A stretch of DNA of 64,000 nt, taken from sequence record NC_048048.2. One strand, given 5' to 3'. Positions 9,068 through 17,720 of the stretch are shown here, piece after piece. The notes beneath the pieces were generated by a model. It worked only from the letters and a program-made list of their open reading frames with translations, searched no databases and was not told where the DNA came from. Positions within the stretch are counted from its first letter, which is position 1. Every line of letters begins with the position of its first letter. Made by a program: the position numbers and the translations under genes.

Positions 9068-9208
9068 ATGTGGACCGAAAAGACCTTCAAGACCCGCGCC
9101 GCCAAGGAGGCCTGGATCGCCCGCAATGAAGACCGCTATCAGATCGTCGAGATCGTGGTCTGCAACGCCTACGGCGTGACCTACAAGCCCCTCCGACGCG
9201 TCTACTAG
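9068..9208 (+). CDS. Small hypothetical protein (46 aa)
   Basis: Promoter 9013, GGAGACACCC leader; MWTEKTFKTRAAKEAWIARN... Confidence 0.75.
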   Translation: MWTEKTFKTRAAKEAWIARNEDRYQIVEIVVCNAYGVTYKPLRRVY

Positions 9209-9218
9209 GAGACCTCGC

Positions 9219-9410
9219 ATGATCCCCGACTCGGTCCGTAACCCGCAAGATCATTGGACCCCCATCGCCACCCGCGCCAAGGCTGACGCCCTGGCCTATC
9301 GCTACAACCAAGATGACGCCGGCCCCGGCCTCTACGAGGTCCACGAAAAGGGCGAAAGCTTCGCCATCGCCTACTATGACGAAGACGGCGCCTTCTGCGG
9401 CTACGTCTAA
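9219..9410 (+). CDS. Small hypothetical protein
   Basis: AGGAG RBS; followed by a terminator. Confidence 0.75.
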   Translation: MIPDSVRNPQDHWTPIATRAKADALAYRYNQDDAGPGLYEVHEKGESFAIAYYDEDGAFCGYV

Positions 9411-9428
9411 CCCGCTCCTGTCAACTTG

Positions 9429-9466
9429 AAGGCCGGCGCCGCTCTCCTGGCGCCGGCCTTTTTCTT
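9429..9466 (+). terminator. Intrinsic terminator
   Basis: AAGGCCGGCGCC/GGCGCCGGCCTT stem plus TTTTTCTT. Confidence 0.85.
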
Positions 9467-9619
9467 GCCCGCCGCCTGGGTCTTAACCTTAAGGCGAGAT
9501 TAAGGTTAACGCCGCCTTAAGGTTAACCGGTGCCCCGCATCCCGCCCGGATGCAAAAAACCTGTTGACACGCATTTCGACCCTATGCGAGAAAGGCGACG
9601 AACACGGGAGACACCCCTT

Positions 9620-10618
9620 ATGACCACGACCATTCCCGGCGCCGAGCATACGATGATCGGACAAGCCGCCTATCGCTCGACCAAGCGCCCCGACCAAGTG
9701 CGCGAGATGGCCTATGGCGCGTTCCCGGCCGCGACGTCGGACTCGCCCTTCGCCGTCAAGCCGGCCTGTGGCAAGGTCCCGAGCGCGCGCGTGCTGGAGG
9801 ACTTCGACCCCGCCGACGTCTTCACGACCAGAGCCAATGATCGCGGCGGCTTCTATGCCTCCGCCAACTTCGGCGGCTCTGAGGTGTCGTGGATCAGCAT
9901 CGCCGGCTATGGCGACACCGAGGAGGCCGCCCGCGCCGATCTCATGGCCCGGTTCATCGCCGACCGCGACGGCAAGGGCAAATTTGGCCCTCACCATCCC
10001 CTGGTCGGCTATGACTGGGGCTATAAGCTCGCCCCGTTCTGGGACATGCTGGAGCGCGAGGCCGCCATTCGCCAGCCCTTCAAGCGCCAGCTTTACCTGG
10101 GCAAGCTGAAGTCCGGCCGCCCTAATCCCAAGGGCTTTGACGTGTTCGTCGATGTCGAATGGACCGGCGTGCGCCTGTCGCTGTCGGGCGTCATCGGCCC
10201 CAAGGCCAATGGCAACGCCTGGGACGGCGCAGGCCAGATCGTCGGCAGTCTCAAGCGCAAGGACTTTCTGGAGTTCGCCCCGTCCTGGCATTATGGATCG
10301 GCCCTTGACGGTCTGGTCCAGGCCTGGACCCGCTGGCACCTGAACGACCTGCGCGCCGGCACGCTTCGGCAGGAAGACCACCTGCGCGGCTATGAGGCCA
10401 AGCGCAACATTGAGCAGGCCAAGGCCGCCGGCGCCCATTCTCTCGACGCCACCCGCGCCGAACTGGCGCGCGTCCATATGGAGCCCGACACCTGGGAGCG
10501 CCACAACGGCCGGCCCTATAGCTACGGCTCCGCATGGCTTCGCGAGGAGGTCCCCACCTACGTTCTCGACTTCCTGCGCAATCTCCCCGCCCCCACCAAA
10601 ATCAGCCCCTGGAGGTAA
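9620..10618 (+). CDS. Hypothetical protein (332 aa; WHLNDLRAG / YGSAWLREE motifs)
   Basis: Promoter 9564 plus GGGAGACACCCC leader; start reassigned. Confidence 0.85.
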   Translation: MTTTIPGAEHTMIGQAAYRSTKRPDQVREMAYGAFPAATSDSPFAVKPACGKVPSARVLEDFDPADVFTTRANDRGGFYASANFGGSEVSWISIAGYGDTEEAARADLMARFIADRDGKGKFGPHHPLVGYDWGYKLAPFWDMLEREAAIRQPFKRQLYLGKLKSGRPNPKGFDVFVDVEWTGVRLSLSGVIGPKANGNAWDGAGQIVGSLKRKDFLEFAPSWHYGSALDGLVQAWTRWHLNDLRAGTLRQEDHLRGYEAKRNIEQAKAAGAHSLDATRAELARVHMEPDTWERHNGRPYSYGSAWLREEVPTYVLDFLRNLPAPTKISPWR

Positions 10619-10625
10619 CCCGCCC

Positions 10626-11060
10626 ATGGCCATCAACACCGCCGGCCTCGTCGGCAAGCTCAAGGAAGCCCTCGCCGCCGCCCCCAACCTGACCCTATGG
10701 GCCAAGGAACGCGGCCTCTTCCATCAGAACGTTTCGGCCGCCGCGCGCGGCGACACCGTGCCGCAAGAAAGCATCGCCAAGGCCCTGGGCTTCCGACGCG
10801 TCCACGTCCAGGCCTATCTGGCGCCGGGCGAAGCCCTGCCGCTCCTGCCGCCCGGCTGGGAGGAGGTGCTTCCCGGTTCGGCGACCCCGGTCGACTGGAA
10901 GCCCCGCGACAAGGCCGCCGCCCCCGCCCCGCGCCGGGTCGGTTCGCCCGACCAGATGGCCAAGGCCCGCGACGCGCGCCGGCCGCGTTCCGCGCCGGTC
11001 CAGCCCCCGGCCCAAACCGCCGGCAAGCCTCGCCGCAAGAAAGTGCAAGAAACCGGTTGA
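10626..11060 (+). CDS. Putative HTH DNA-binding protein
   Basis: GGAGG RBS; NLTLWAKERGLFHQNVSAAARGDTVPQESIAKALG resembles an XRE/Cro-type helix-turn-helix; basic Pro-rich tail. Confidence 0.6.
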   Translation: MAINTAGLVGKLKEALAAAPNLTLWAKERGLFHQNVSAAARGDTVPQESIAKALGFRRVHVQAYLAPGEALPLLPPGWEEVLPGSATPVDWKPRDKAAAPAPRRVGSPDQMAKARDARRPRSAPVQPPAQTAGKPRRKKVQETG

Positions 11061-11110
11061 CAGCATAAGGCGGCTATGCGAGAAAGGCTCATCACTTCTG
11101 GAGCAAGCCC

Positions 11111-11320
11111 ATGGCCGCCTTCATCTGCACCGCCGATCTCAACGCCCTGGTCGAGGACATCGCCTATGACGTGGAGATGGAAGACCGCGCCGCCGAGGAA
11201 CTCGACGGCCTGGACTTTGGCGACCGCTGTTACTACGGCGACCGCGCTTACCATGGCCAGCTTGAGCTTGCCCGGATCATCGAGACGGCCGTCGCCGCTC
11301 ATCCCATCCTGTACGCCTAG
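11111..11320 (+). CDS. Small acidic hypothetical protein
   Basis: Promoter 11057, GGAG RBS. Confidence 0.75.
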   Translation: MAAFICTADLNALVEDIAYDVEMEDRAAEELDGLDFGDRCYYGDRAYHGQLELARIIETAVAAHPILYA

Positions 11321-11336
11321 CAGAGGAGGCGCCGCT

Positions 11337-11549
11337 TTGCCACGCTACCGCACCGACTACAGCGAAGACGACGGAAAAACCGTCATCATCGAGGAAGGCC
11401 TGACGAGGACGCAGGCCATGCAAAAGGCCGCGATCCTGTCGCGCAAGCACGGGACCGCCTACGCCGTCGCCTCCGACGACAAGGGCCGCGACACCGGCCA
11501 AAGGGTCTATGCTGACGGCCGGTTCAGCTACCAAGACGACAAGTTCTAA
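11337..11549 (+). CDS. Small hypothetical protein
   Basis: GAGGAGG RBS, TTG start (LPRYRTDY...). Confidence 0.65.
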   Translation: MPRYRTDYSEDDGKTVIIEEGLTRTQAMQKAAILSRKHGTAYAVASDDKGRDTGQRVYADGRFSYQDDKF

Positions 11550-11555
11550 GGCAAG

Positions 11556-11580
11556 AGGCCCGGAGCGATCCGGGCCTTTT
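11556..11580 (+). terminator. Intrinsic terminator
   Basis: AGGCCCGGA-GCGA-TCCGGGCCT plus T run (GNRA loop). Confidence 0.85.
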
Positions 11581-11725
11581 GTCTGTCCCCCGCCCGGCGA
11601 TAACCTTAACGCCGCGTTAAGGTTAACCCCCTGGGACGGGGGGCGCCGCCGCAAAAACTGCAAGAAAACTGTTGACACGCATTTCGACCCTATGCGAGAA
11701 AGGCGCATCAACCACGGAGGACAAC

Positions 11726-12457
11726 ATGTCCACGCACCCGCTGATCGCCGCCGCCCTGGCCAATCTTCGCGAAGGCCCGGCCATGGTCGCCGGCCCCGAC
11801 CACGTCACCAAGGTCACGTCCTACGAACTGACCCGCGCGGTCATGTTCAAGGCCGCCGACCAGATCGAACGGGCTCTGAGCGATTTCCCCGCCCCGCCCG
11901 CCTGCCTGGGCGCCTTCCTGATGACCGAGTTCGACCGCCTGGGCGACAACTGGGGCGCCCTGGGCGACGCCATCACCGAAGGCGAGGCCCTGGCCAATGC
12001 TGAAACCGTCCTGGCGTGGTACTTCAACGCCACCCGTGACGACGGCGACCCGGACGGCTACACGCTCAAACTCGCTGGCGCCCTGCCCAACGACGCCGAG
12101 GCCGCCCGCATCCGCCGCGACTACGCCGCCGCCCTGGAGGCGCAAGAGCAGGCCAAGGCCGCCGAGGCTCGCGCCTTCGCCGACCGTCACGCCGCCCTAG
12201 GTTCGGCCGAAGCCGTCGCCGACCTCCTGGGCTCGCTGTTCGACACGCCGCGCACCGCCGCCGAGGCCCTGGGCTACAGCTTCCATTTCGTCCCGGTGAT
12301 CGGCGGCGAGATCGAGGGCGAACGCGCCTGGATCGGCGAGGACAAGGCCGGCGAGCGCGTCCATGGCGACTACGCCAGCGCCGACCAAGCCGCCCGCGCC
12401 GCCCTCATCTACCACGTGCGCGCCAACCAAGCCGCCCAAATCGTCAAGGACGCCTGA
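11726..12457 (+). CDS. Hypothetical protein
   Basis: Promoter 11672, GGAGG RBS; start reassigned to MSTHP. Confidence 0.85.
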
Positions 12458-12459
12458 CC

Positions 12460-13086
12460 ATGACCGCCGCCGCATCCCTCTTCGAACAAGCCCAGATCGA
12501 GGCCGCTCAAGCCGCCATCGACGCCAACACCGCGCGCGTTGGGCTGGAGACCGAGGACGCCACGCCCGGAACCGACCTTTTCCACCTGCTGGGCTCGCTG
12601 CTGACCTGGGCCGACGCCTGGGCCGTGGACTTCGACGACATCCTGTCTCAGGTCCGCGAACCGGTGAACCTCTCCAAGACCGTGACCCGCTTTGATCCGG
12701 CCACCTATGGCCAAGACCAGCGGCTTGCGGCCATCCGCGCCAATCTCGACCAGCGCAACACCCCTTCCGTTCCGGTCCTGACCCGCGACGAGGCCGAAAC
12801 CGAGGCCATGCGCGATCTCGCCGCCGTGGTCGGCAAGGTGATCAAGGTCCACGATATCACCGGCTATTTCGGCGAGACGGGCCAAGAGGACTTGCGCCCC
12901 CACGACGGCGCGCCGGCCTTTTCGGTGATCGTCCTGCCGTCCGACCGGGACGACGTGATCTACTGGAATGACGAGCATCTGGACGTTCGGTGGAACGTCA
13001 CCCCCGCGCCGGGCGAAACCCGCCTCTACGAACTGCGCTCGCTCTGGGTGTTCGGGCGCGGCTATGTCATCGAAGGCGAGGGCTGA
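12460..13086 (+). CDS. Hypothetical protein
   Basis: Operon-packed (TGACCATG junction). Confidence 0.8.
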   Translation: MTAAASLFEQAQIEAAQAAIDANTARVGLETEDATPGTDLFHLLGSLLTWADAWAVDFDDILSQVREPVNLSKTVTRFDPATYGQDQRLAAIRANLDQRNTPSVPVLTRDEAETEAMRDLAAVVGKVIKVHDITGYFGETGQEDLRPHDGAPAFSVIVLPSDRDDVIYWNDEHLDVRWNVTPAPGETRLYELRSLWVFGRGYVIEGEG

Positions 13087-13088
13087 TC

Positions 13089-13397
13089 ATGGCCATGCCC
13101 CTGGGCTTGCGGACCACCGCCACCAGCTACGCCATTGACGTGGACGATGACCAGTTTCTGGCCATGATCCAGGCCGAAGGCTACAAGGGCGGTGATTTCG
13201 AGCCGTCCCTGTTCGACAAGCTGCAAAAGACCCCCGCCCGCGACATCGAATATAACGGCCACTTCGGCGCGTCGGTCTATTTCACCCTCACCGAGGAAGA
13301 CGACACCCCCGCCCTACGCGCCGAGCTTGGCCGGATGATCGCCGAACACCTAACCCTCTGCGTCGCCCACATGGCGACCTACGACAAGGACGCCTGA
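13089..13397 (+). CDS. Hypothetical protein
   Basis: TGATCATG junction; start reassigned. Confidence 0.75.
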   Translation: MAMPLGLRTTATSYAIDVDDDQFLAMIQAEGYKGGDFEPSLFDKLQKTPARDIEYNGHFGASVYFTLTEEDDTPALRAELGRMIAEHLTLCVAHMATYDKDA

Positions 13398-13399
13398 CC

Positions 13400-13705
13400 A
13401 TGCTGAATATCGAGGACCAGACGATTCGCCTTCGCGAGGAAGGCAAGAACAAGACCACCACCGTCATTGGCGGGGTGCTGCTGTTCTTCTCCTATTCGAC
13501 CCTGGTCGGCTTTCGCTGTCCGCGCCTGGGGATGGTGATCAACCCGGCCGCCAAGAGCTACGGCGTCACCACCGCCCGCCACGTCGGCGAATTTGGCCTA
13601 GGCGCGCCGGGCGTGGGTAAAACCGCCACCGAAGAAGACTTTCAGCGCCTCGCCATGGGCGCGGTCATGGGTTCGTCCGGGCCTGACTACCTACTGTTGA
13701 ATTAA
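13400..13705 (+). CDS. Hypothetical protein
   Basis: TGACCATG junction. Confidence 0.75.
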   Translation: MLNIEDQTIRLREEGKNKTTTVIGGVLLFFSYSTLVGFRCPRLGMVINPAAKSYGVTTARHVGEFGLGAPGVGKTATEEDFQRLAMGAVMGSSGPDYLLLN

Positions 13706-13821
13706 GCCCCGAGACGAGCACTAGGGCTGTCACGAATCCCCTCATCTATGACAGCTTAAGAGCCCGTTTAGTCTTCCCTGTACTCTGTTGCGCCAGTATC
13801 GGCGCGGAAAGTGATGCGCCT

Positions 13822-13884
13822 ATGAAGCTCCTCGAAGGTGGCGGACTGCTGGCCCTGTGCTTCCTTTTCTGGCTCCTCCACTGA
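13822..13884 (+). CDS. 20-aa hydrophobic micropeptide, copy 1 (MKLLEGGGLLALCFLFWLLH)
   Basis: Near-identical protein at 17561 with almost only synonymous nucleotide differences. Confidence 0.75.
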   Translation: MKLLEGGGLLALCFLFWLLH

Positions 13885-13948
13885 CAAGGCTGTTGACAGC
13901 ATCAAGGCCCTATGCGAGAAAGGCTCATCGCCACCGGAGACACCCGCG

Positions 13949-14215
13949 ATGACCGATTACGACGATTGGGGCCAAGAGGCCTATATGGACCACCTCCATG
14001 ATCAGGCCGTTGACGAGGCTTTCGAGCGCCACGCCGACGACGCCTATGAGGACGACCTGGGCGCCGAAGACCCGGACCTCGAATTCCCCGATGAGGCGGA
14101 CGACGAGGAAGACCTTCGCCGGGCCGAAGGGCTCATGCCCTGGGCGACCCCCGAGGGCGTCGAGCCTGGGCAGTTCCCCCGCCGGGCCTATGACGACGAC
14201 GAAATCCCGTTCTGA
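13949..14215 (+). CDS. Highly acidic protein ending in an SSB-like tail (YDDDEIPF)
   Basis: Promoter 13893, GGAGACACCC leader; 32 of 88 residues D/E, no Lys. Confidence 0.85.
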   Translation: MTDYDDWGQEAYMDHLHDQAVDEAFERHADDAYEDDLGAEDPDLEFPDEADDEEDLRRAEGLMPWATPEGVEPGQFPRRAYDDDEIPF

Positions 14216-14228
14216 CCTCCTCCCTTCG

Positions 14229-14255
14229 AAAGGCCCCGCGCGGGCCTTTCTTTTT
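14229..14255 (+). terminator. Intrinsic terminator
   Basis: AAAGGCCC/GGGCCTTT stem plus CTTTTT. Confidence 0.75.
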
Positions 14256-14425
14256 GCCCCGCGCCTGGGGTTAACCTTAACGCCGCCTTAAGGTTAACCC
14301 GGCCGGATCGTTTTTCGTCTTTTGTGTCGGGCCGTCTTTCGTTTTCCGTGTCGAGGTGCAAGAAAGCTGTTGACAGCATAAAAGCCCTATGCGAGAAAGG
14401 CTCATCGCAACCAAGGAGCCCGACC

Positions 14426-14617
14426 ATGGGACTCAAGATCGAAATCGACACCGGCAACGAGGCCTTCCAAGGCGTGGCCGGCGAGCATTGCGCCACCCTC
14501 CTGCATGAGGTCGCCCGCAAGCTCGATCAAGGCGCCCGCGCCGGCAATATCTACGACGGCAACGGCAACAAGGTCGGGACCTACGAACTCGACCACACCG
14601 ACGCCCCGGAGTCGTGA
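14426..14617 (+). CDS. Small hypothetical protein
   Basis: Promoter 14370, AAGGAG RBS; MGLKIEIDTGNEAF... Confidence 0.8.
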   Translation: MGLKIEIDTGNEAFQGVAGEHCATLLHEVARKLDQGARAGNIYDGNGNKVGTYELDHTDAPES

Positions 14618-14620
14618 GCC

Positions 14621-14947
14621 GTGGCCAGCTACGTCATCCAGATCAGCGTGAACGTGGAGGTCGATGACCTCCCCGTTCTGTTGGCCGCCGCCATGGCCAA
14701 GGCCACGGGCGACGACGGCCTGACCGAAGATCAAGCCCGCGATATCCTGACCAACTCCGACCCTCTGGGCCGGCCGGATGTCAAGGCCTGTCTGACCATG
14801 CTGTTTGATCCGGGCGTCAGCCCGGACGGCACGTCGATCAATGACAGCATCGTCACCCGCGAGGACTACGACCAAGACGAGGCCATGGACGCCTATGAGG
14901 CCGCCCACGGCGAGGACGAGGAAGGGGAAGGCGATGACGAGGACTAG
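14621..14947 (+). CDS. Hypothetical acidic protein
   Basis: GTG start, operon-packed. Confidence 0.75.
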   Translation: MASYVIQISVNVEVDDLPVLLAAAMAKATGDDGLTEDQARDILTNSDPLGRPDVKACLTMLFDPGVSPDGTSINDSIVTREDYDQDEAMDAYEAAHGEDEEGEGDDED

Positions 14948-15284
14948 GAGCAAGAAGCGCGTCCCGCAACGCCTGCTTCTGGCCAATCGCGCGCCCCTGG
15001 TCGCCGGGCCTGACCCCGCCACCCGCCGCCACTGGTGGGAGCTTCTGGAGAGCGTCGGCGAGCCGCGCGACCTTGAGGCCCTGCTGGTCGTGGCGATTGA
15101 CCAAGACGCGGCCGAAACCGTCGCCGGGGTCTTTCCGCTCGCCGGCGCCGACTATGAAGCCCAGAGCCGCAAGGCCGACGCCCTGGCCGCCGCCACCACC
15201 CGCCCCCGCAGCCCTGGCCAGCGCGACGCGCTCAACGCCTATGTGCTGCACGTCAATGACCCGAACGCCGAGCATCATCCATGA
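14934..15284 (+). CDS. Hypothetical protein
   Basis: Start reassigned to MTRTRSKK; short overlap with the upstream gene. Confidence 0.65.
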   Translation: MTRTRSKKRVPQRLLLANRAPLVAGPDPATRRHWWELLESVGEPRDLEALLVVAIDQDAAETVAGVFPLAGADYEAQSRKADALAAATTRPRSPGQRDALNAYVLHVNDPNAEHHP

Positions 15285-15532
15285 GCTATTCCGGCCCGAT
15301 CACCATCGCCCAAGGCCAGCGCTTCCAACTAGACAGCTACGGCAACGGCGCGGCCTATGCCTTCTATGACCGCACCGCCGGCGCCAGCGTCTGGCTGGAC
15401 GGCGACGACGCCACCCAGTTTCGCGCCGACTTCGACAACGCCGAAGACCGCCGCCCCCATGACGGGCCTGACCAGATCATGGCCCATCTGTGGGACGAAC
15501 ACGACTACGGCGCCGCCGCCACGCCGCTCTAA
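15281..15532 (+). CDS. Hypothetical protein
   Basis: ATGA overlap; followed by a hairpin at 15535-15566. Confidence 0.75.
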   Translation: MSYSGPITIAQGQRFQLDSYGNGAAYAFYDRTAGASVWLDGDDATQFRADFDNAEDRRPHDGPDQIMAHLWDEHDYGAAATPL

Positions 15533-15675
15533 GTCAAGGCCCGCCCATCCCCCTGGGCGGGCCTTGTCCTGGGCGATCGGCGTTAACCTTAACGCGCAAG
15601 AAAACTGTTGACACGCATTGCAGCCCTATGCGAGAAAGAGCGCCTAGGCCGCTTTGGCCCCTGGAGACTTGCGTC

Positions 15676-16257
15676 ATGGAACACCGCGACTTCGTTCCCC
15701 ACATCATCACCGCCCGCACCGTGGATGGAACCGTCTACTACGAGTCCAGCCACTGCACCGCCTTCCATCTGGGCTATGCCCGCGCCATGGACAAGGCCGA
15801 CGCCGAGCGCCGGGCCGCCGCCTGGAAGCGCGCGGAAAAGGACGGCGCCCCGCAAGCCACCATCGACGAGGGAACCTATGGGATCACCGTCGTGGCCACC
15901 ACCTGGGAGGCCCTGGACAAGGCCCGCGCCCATCGCGCCGAGCTTGAGCGCCTGGAGGCCAATTTCCTCGCCGAGGAGGCCCATGACGACCAGTTCGACG
16001 ACTATGAAGAACCGGTCATGAGCCCCGAGGATATCGCTGCCGAGGAAGAGGCCGCCCGCGACTATCTGGCCACCATCCAGCCCCATAAGGCCGGCGACGT
16101 GGTGCGGATCACCGACGAGGGCCATCCCCATTTCGGGGCGCTGGCCACCGTCGCCGAGGCCGAATGGAGCGGCTATCTCGTCCTTGACCTGGGCGCGGGC
16201 CTGACCTGGGGCTGGGCGACGGGCGTGCAATCGACGGCCGATTTCCCCCAGCCTTGA
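15676..16257 (+). CDS. Hypothetical protein
   Basis: Promoter 15608, GGAGA RBS; start reassigned to MEHRD. Confidence 0.8.
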   Translation: MEHRDFVPHIITARTVDGTVYYESSHCTAFHLGYARAMDKADAERRAAAWKRAEKDGAPQATIDEGTYGITVVATTWEALDKARAHRAELERLEANFLAEEAHDDQFDDYEEPVMSPEDIAAEEEAARDYLATIQPHKAGDVVRITDEGHPHFGALATVAEAEWSGYLVLDLGAGLTWGWATGVQSTADFPQP

Positions 16258-16365
16258 AAGCTGGCCTCGCGCCAGCAAAAAGGCCCGTCCCCTGGCGGGG
16301 CGGGCCTTGTCCGGTCCGATCGGGATTAACCTTAACGAGAGATTAAGGTTAACGCGCCCTTAAGG

Positions 16366-16611
16366 TTAACTGGTGGCGTTCTTGCGCGTCGTGGCCTGGG
16401 GATTGGCCTTGAGCCATGCGTCGGCTTCCGTGCGGGTCGAGAACGGCGCCCCGCCAATGCCCTGCGTGCCGTCATCCCATTGAATGGTCCAACCCACGTC
16501 CTTGATTTCCCAATCCTCCGCCACGCCATGGGGAATCGGCGTATGAAGCGCGATGCGGGTAAAGGGCGCGCGCTTGAGTTGACGGATGCGCGCCGGAATG
16601 ACTTGCGGCAT
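16366..16611 (-). CDS. Hypothetical protein; the only substantial minus-strand gene inside the cassette array
   Basis: Own promoter on the minus strand (TTGACA 16690-16685, then GCTACATT); protein-like composition. Confidence 0.6.
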   Translation of the reverse strand: MPQVIPARIRQLKRAPFTRIALHTPIPHGVAEDWEIKDVGWTIQWDDGTQGIGGAPFSTRTEADAWLKANPQATTRKNATS

Positions 16612-16659
16612 GTGTGGAATTTCCTTGACAAAGGCCTTGCCCCATGGGCGGCCCGAAAG

Positions 16660-16697
16660 GCGAATGTAGCAAGCGGCGCTTTCGTGTCAAGAAATGC
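16660..16697 (-). promoter_or_regulatory. RpoD-type promoter (CGCATTTC-TTGACA-N14-GCTACATT)
   Basis: 7/8 match to the Caulobacter -10 GCTANAWC; divergent from cassette promoter 16717. Confidence 0.6.
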
Positions 16698-16789
16698 GAC
16701 ATGGGCTAGAATCCTGTTGACACGCATTGCGGTCCTATGCGAGAAAGATCGGGCAAAGGCGCATCCCGCGCCGCTGGGAGACACCCCGC

Positions 16790-17560
16790 ATGGACCTGAC
16801 CACCTTTACGGCCAAGGCTGATTTCGTGCTCTGCAATGAGCCGGTGACCATCACCGTCAAGCCCGCCGGCCGCCCGCTCTACCTGTCGTTTTCCATCGAC
16901 CAGATCGGCATGATCGGCGGCGCCGAGGAGCTTTACGCCAAGGCCGAACAACACGGCGTCGAGGACCTGATAACGGTTCTCAACATTTCCAACGTCCTGT
17001 CGCTGAAGTCCATCGAGACCTATGACGACGAAGACCGCGAGGCCGTCGAAAGCCTGCGCTACGCCCTGCTCATGCTCGACGGCGAGCGCTACGCTTCGGA
17101 TGTCCAGTTCGAGGACGTGGACGAGGCCGAGTTTTCCAACCGCGACGACACCATTGACAGCCGGCAAATCGTCGAGCGGGTCGAGGTGCTTCGGAGCGCC
17201 CTGGAAACCGCCGGCTTCGACACCGCCGACCTGTCCGCCCTGGAAGACCTCGACGCCGACGAAGCCGTCAAGGACGCCGACCAGCGCGACGCCTTCAACG
17301 CCATCCGCGAGGAATTCCTGATCCTGGCGCGCATGGTCGAGGAGGGCGGCAACTACGGCGAGGATTGGCGGTTCGGCGCGACTCTGGTCCGCGAATCCTA
17401 CTTCACCGAGTTCGCGCAAGAAGAGTGCGAAAGCCTGGGCTTCATCTCCAAGGACTTCCCGTCCTGGATCGCCATCGACTGGGAAAAGACCGCCGAAACG
17501 ATGCTACACGACTACACCGAAATCGACTTCGACGGCGTGAGCTACTACGTCCGCGCCTAG
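16790..17560 (+). CDS. ArdA-like acidic anti-restriction (DNA mimic) protein
   Basis: Very D/E-rich; C-terminal FPSWIAIDWEKTAETMLHDYTEIDFDGVSYYVR resembles the ArdA C-terminus from memory. Confidence 0.6.
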   Translation: MDLTTFTAKADFVLCNEPVTITVKPAGRPLYLSFSIDQIGMIGGAEELYAKAEQHGVEDLITVLNISNVLSLKSIETYDDEDREAVESLRYALLMLDGERYASDVQFEDVDEAEFSNRDDTIDSRQIVERVEVLRSALETAGFDTADLSALEDLDADEAVKDADQRDAFNAIREEFLILARMVEEGGNYGEDWRFGATLVRESYFTEFAQEECESLGFISKDFPSWIAIDWEKTAETMLHDYTEIDFDGVSYYVRA

Positions 17561-17623
17561 GTGAAGCTCCTCGAAGGCGGCGGCCTGCTCGCGCTCTGCT
17601 TCCTCCTCTGGTTGCTTCACTAA
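17561..17623 (+). CDS. 20-aa hydrophobic micropeptide, copy 2 (MKLLEGGGLLALCFLLWLLH)
   Basis: GTG immediately after the ArdA-like TAG; synonymous divergence from 13822. Confidence 0.75.
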   Translation: MKLLEGGGLLALCFLLWLLH

Positions 17624-17626
17624 ACC

Positions 17627-17662
17627 CGGCCGGCGTCCATGACCTGGGCGCCGGCCTTTTCT
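17627..17662 (+). terminator. Intrinsic terminator
   Basis: GGCCGGCG../..CGCCGGCC stem followed by TTTTCTT. Confidence 0.65.
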
Positions 17663-17720
17663 TACCGCGCCGATCGGGGTTAACCTTAACGCCGTCTTAA
17701 GGTTAACGGCGGGCCTGGAG

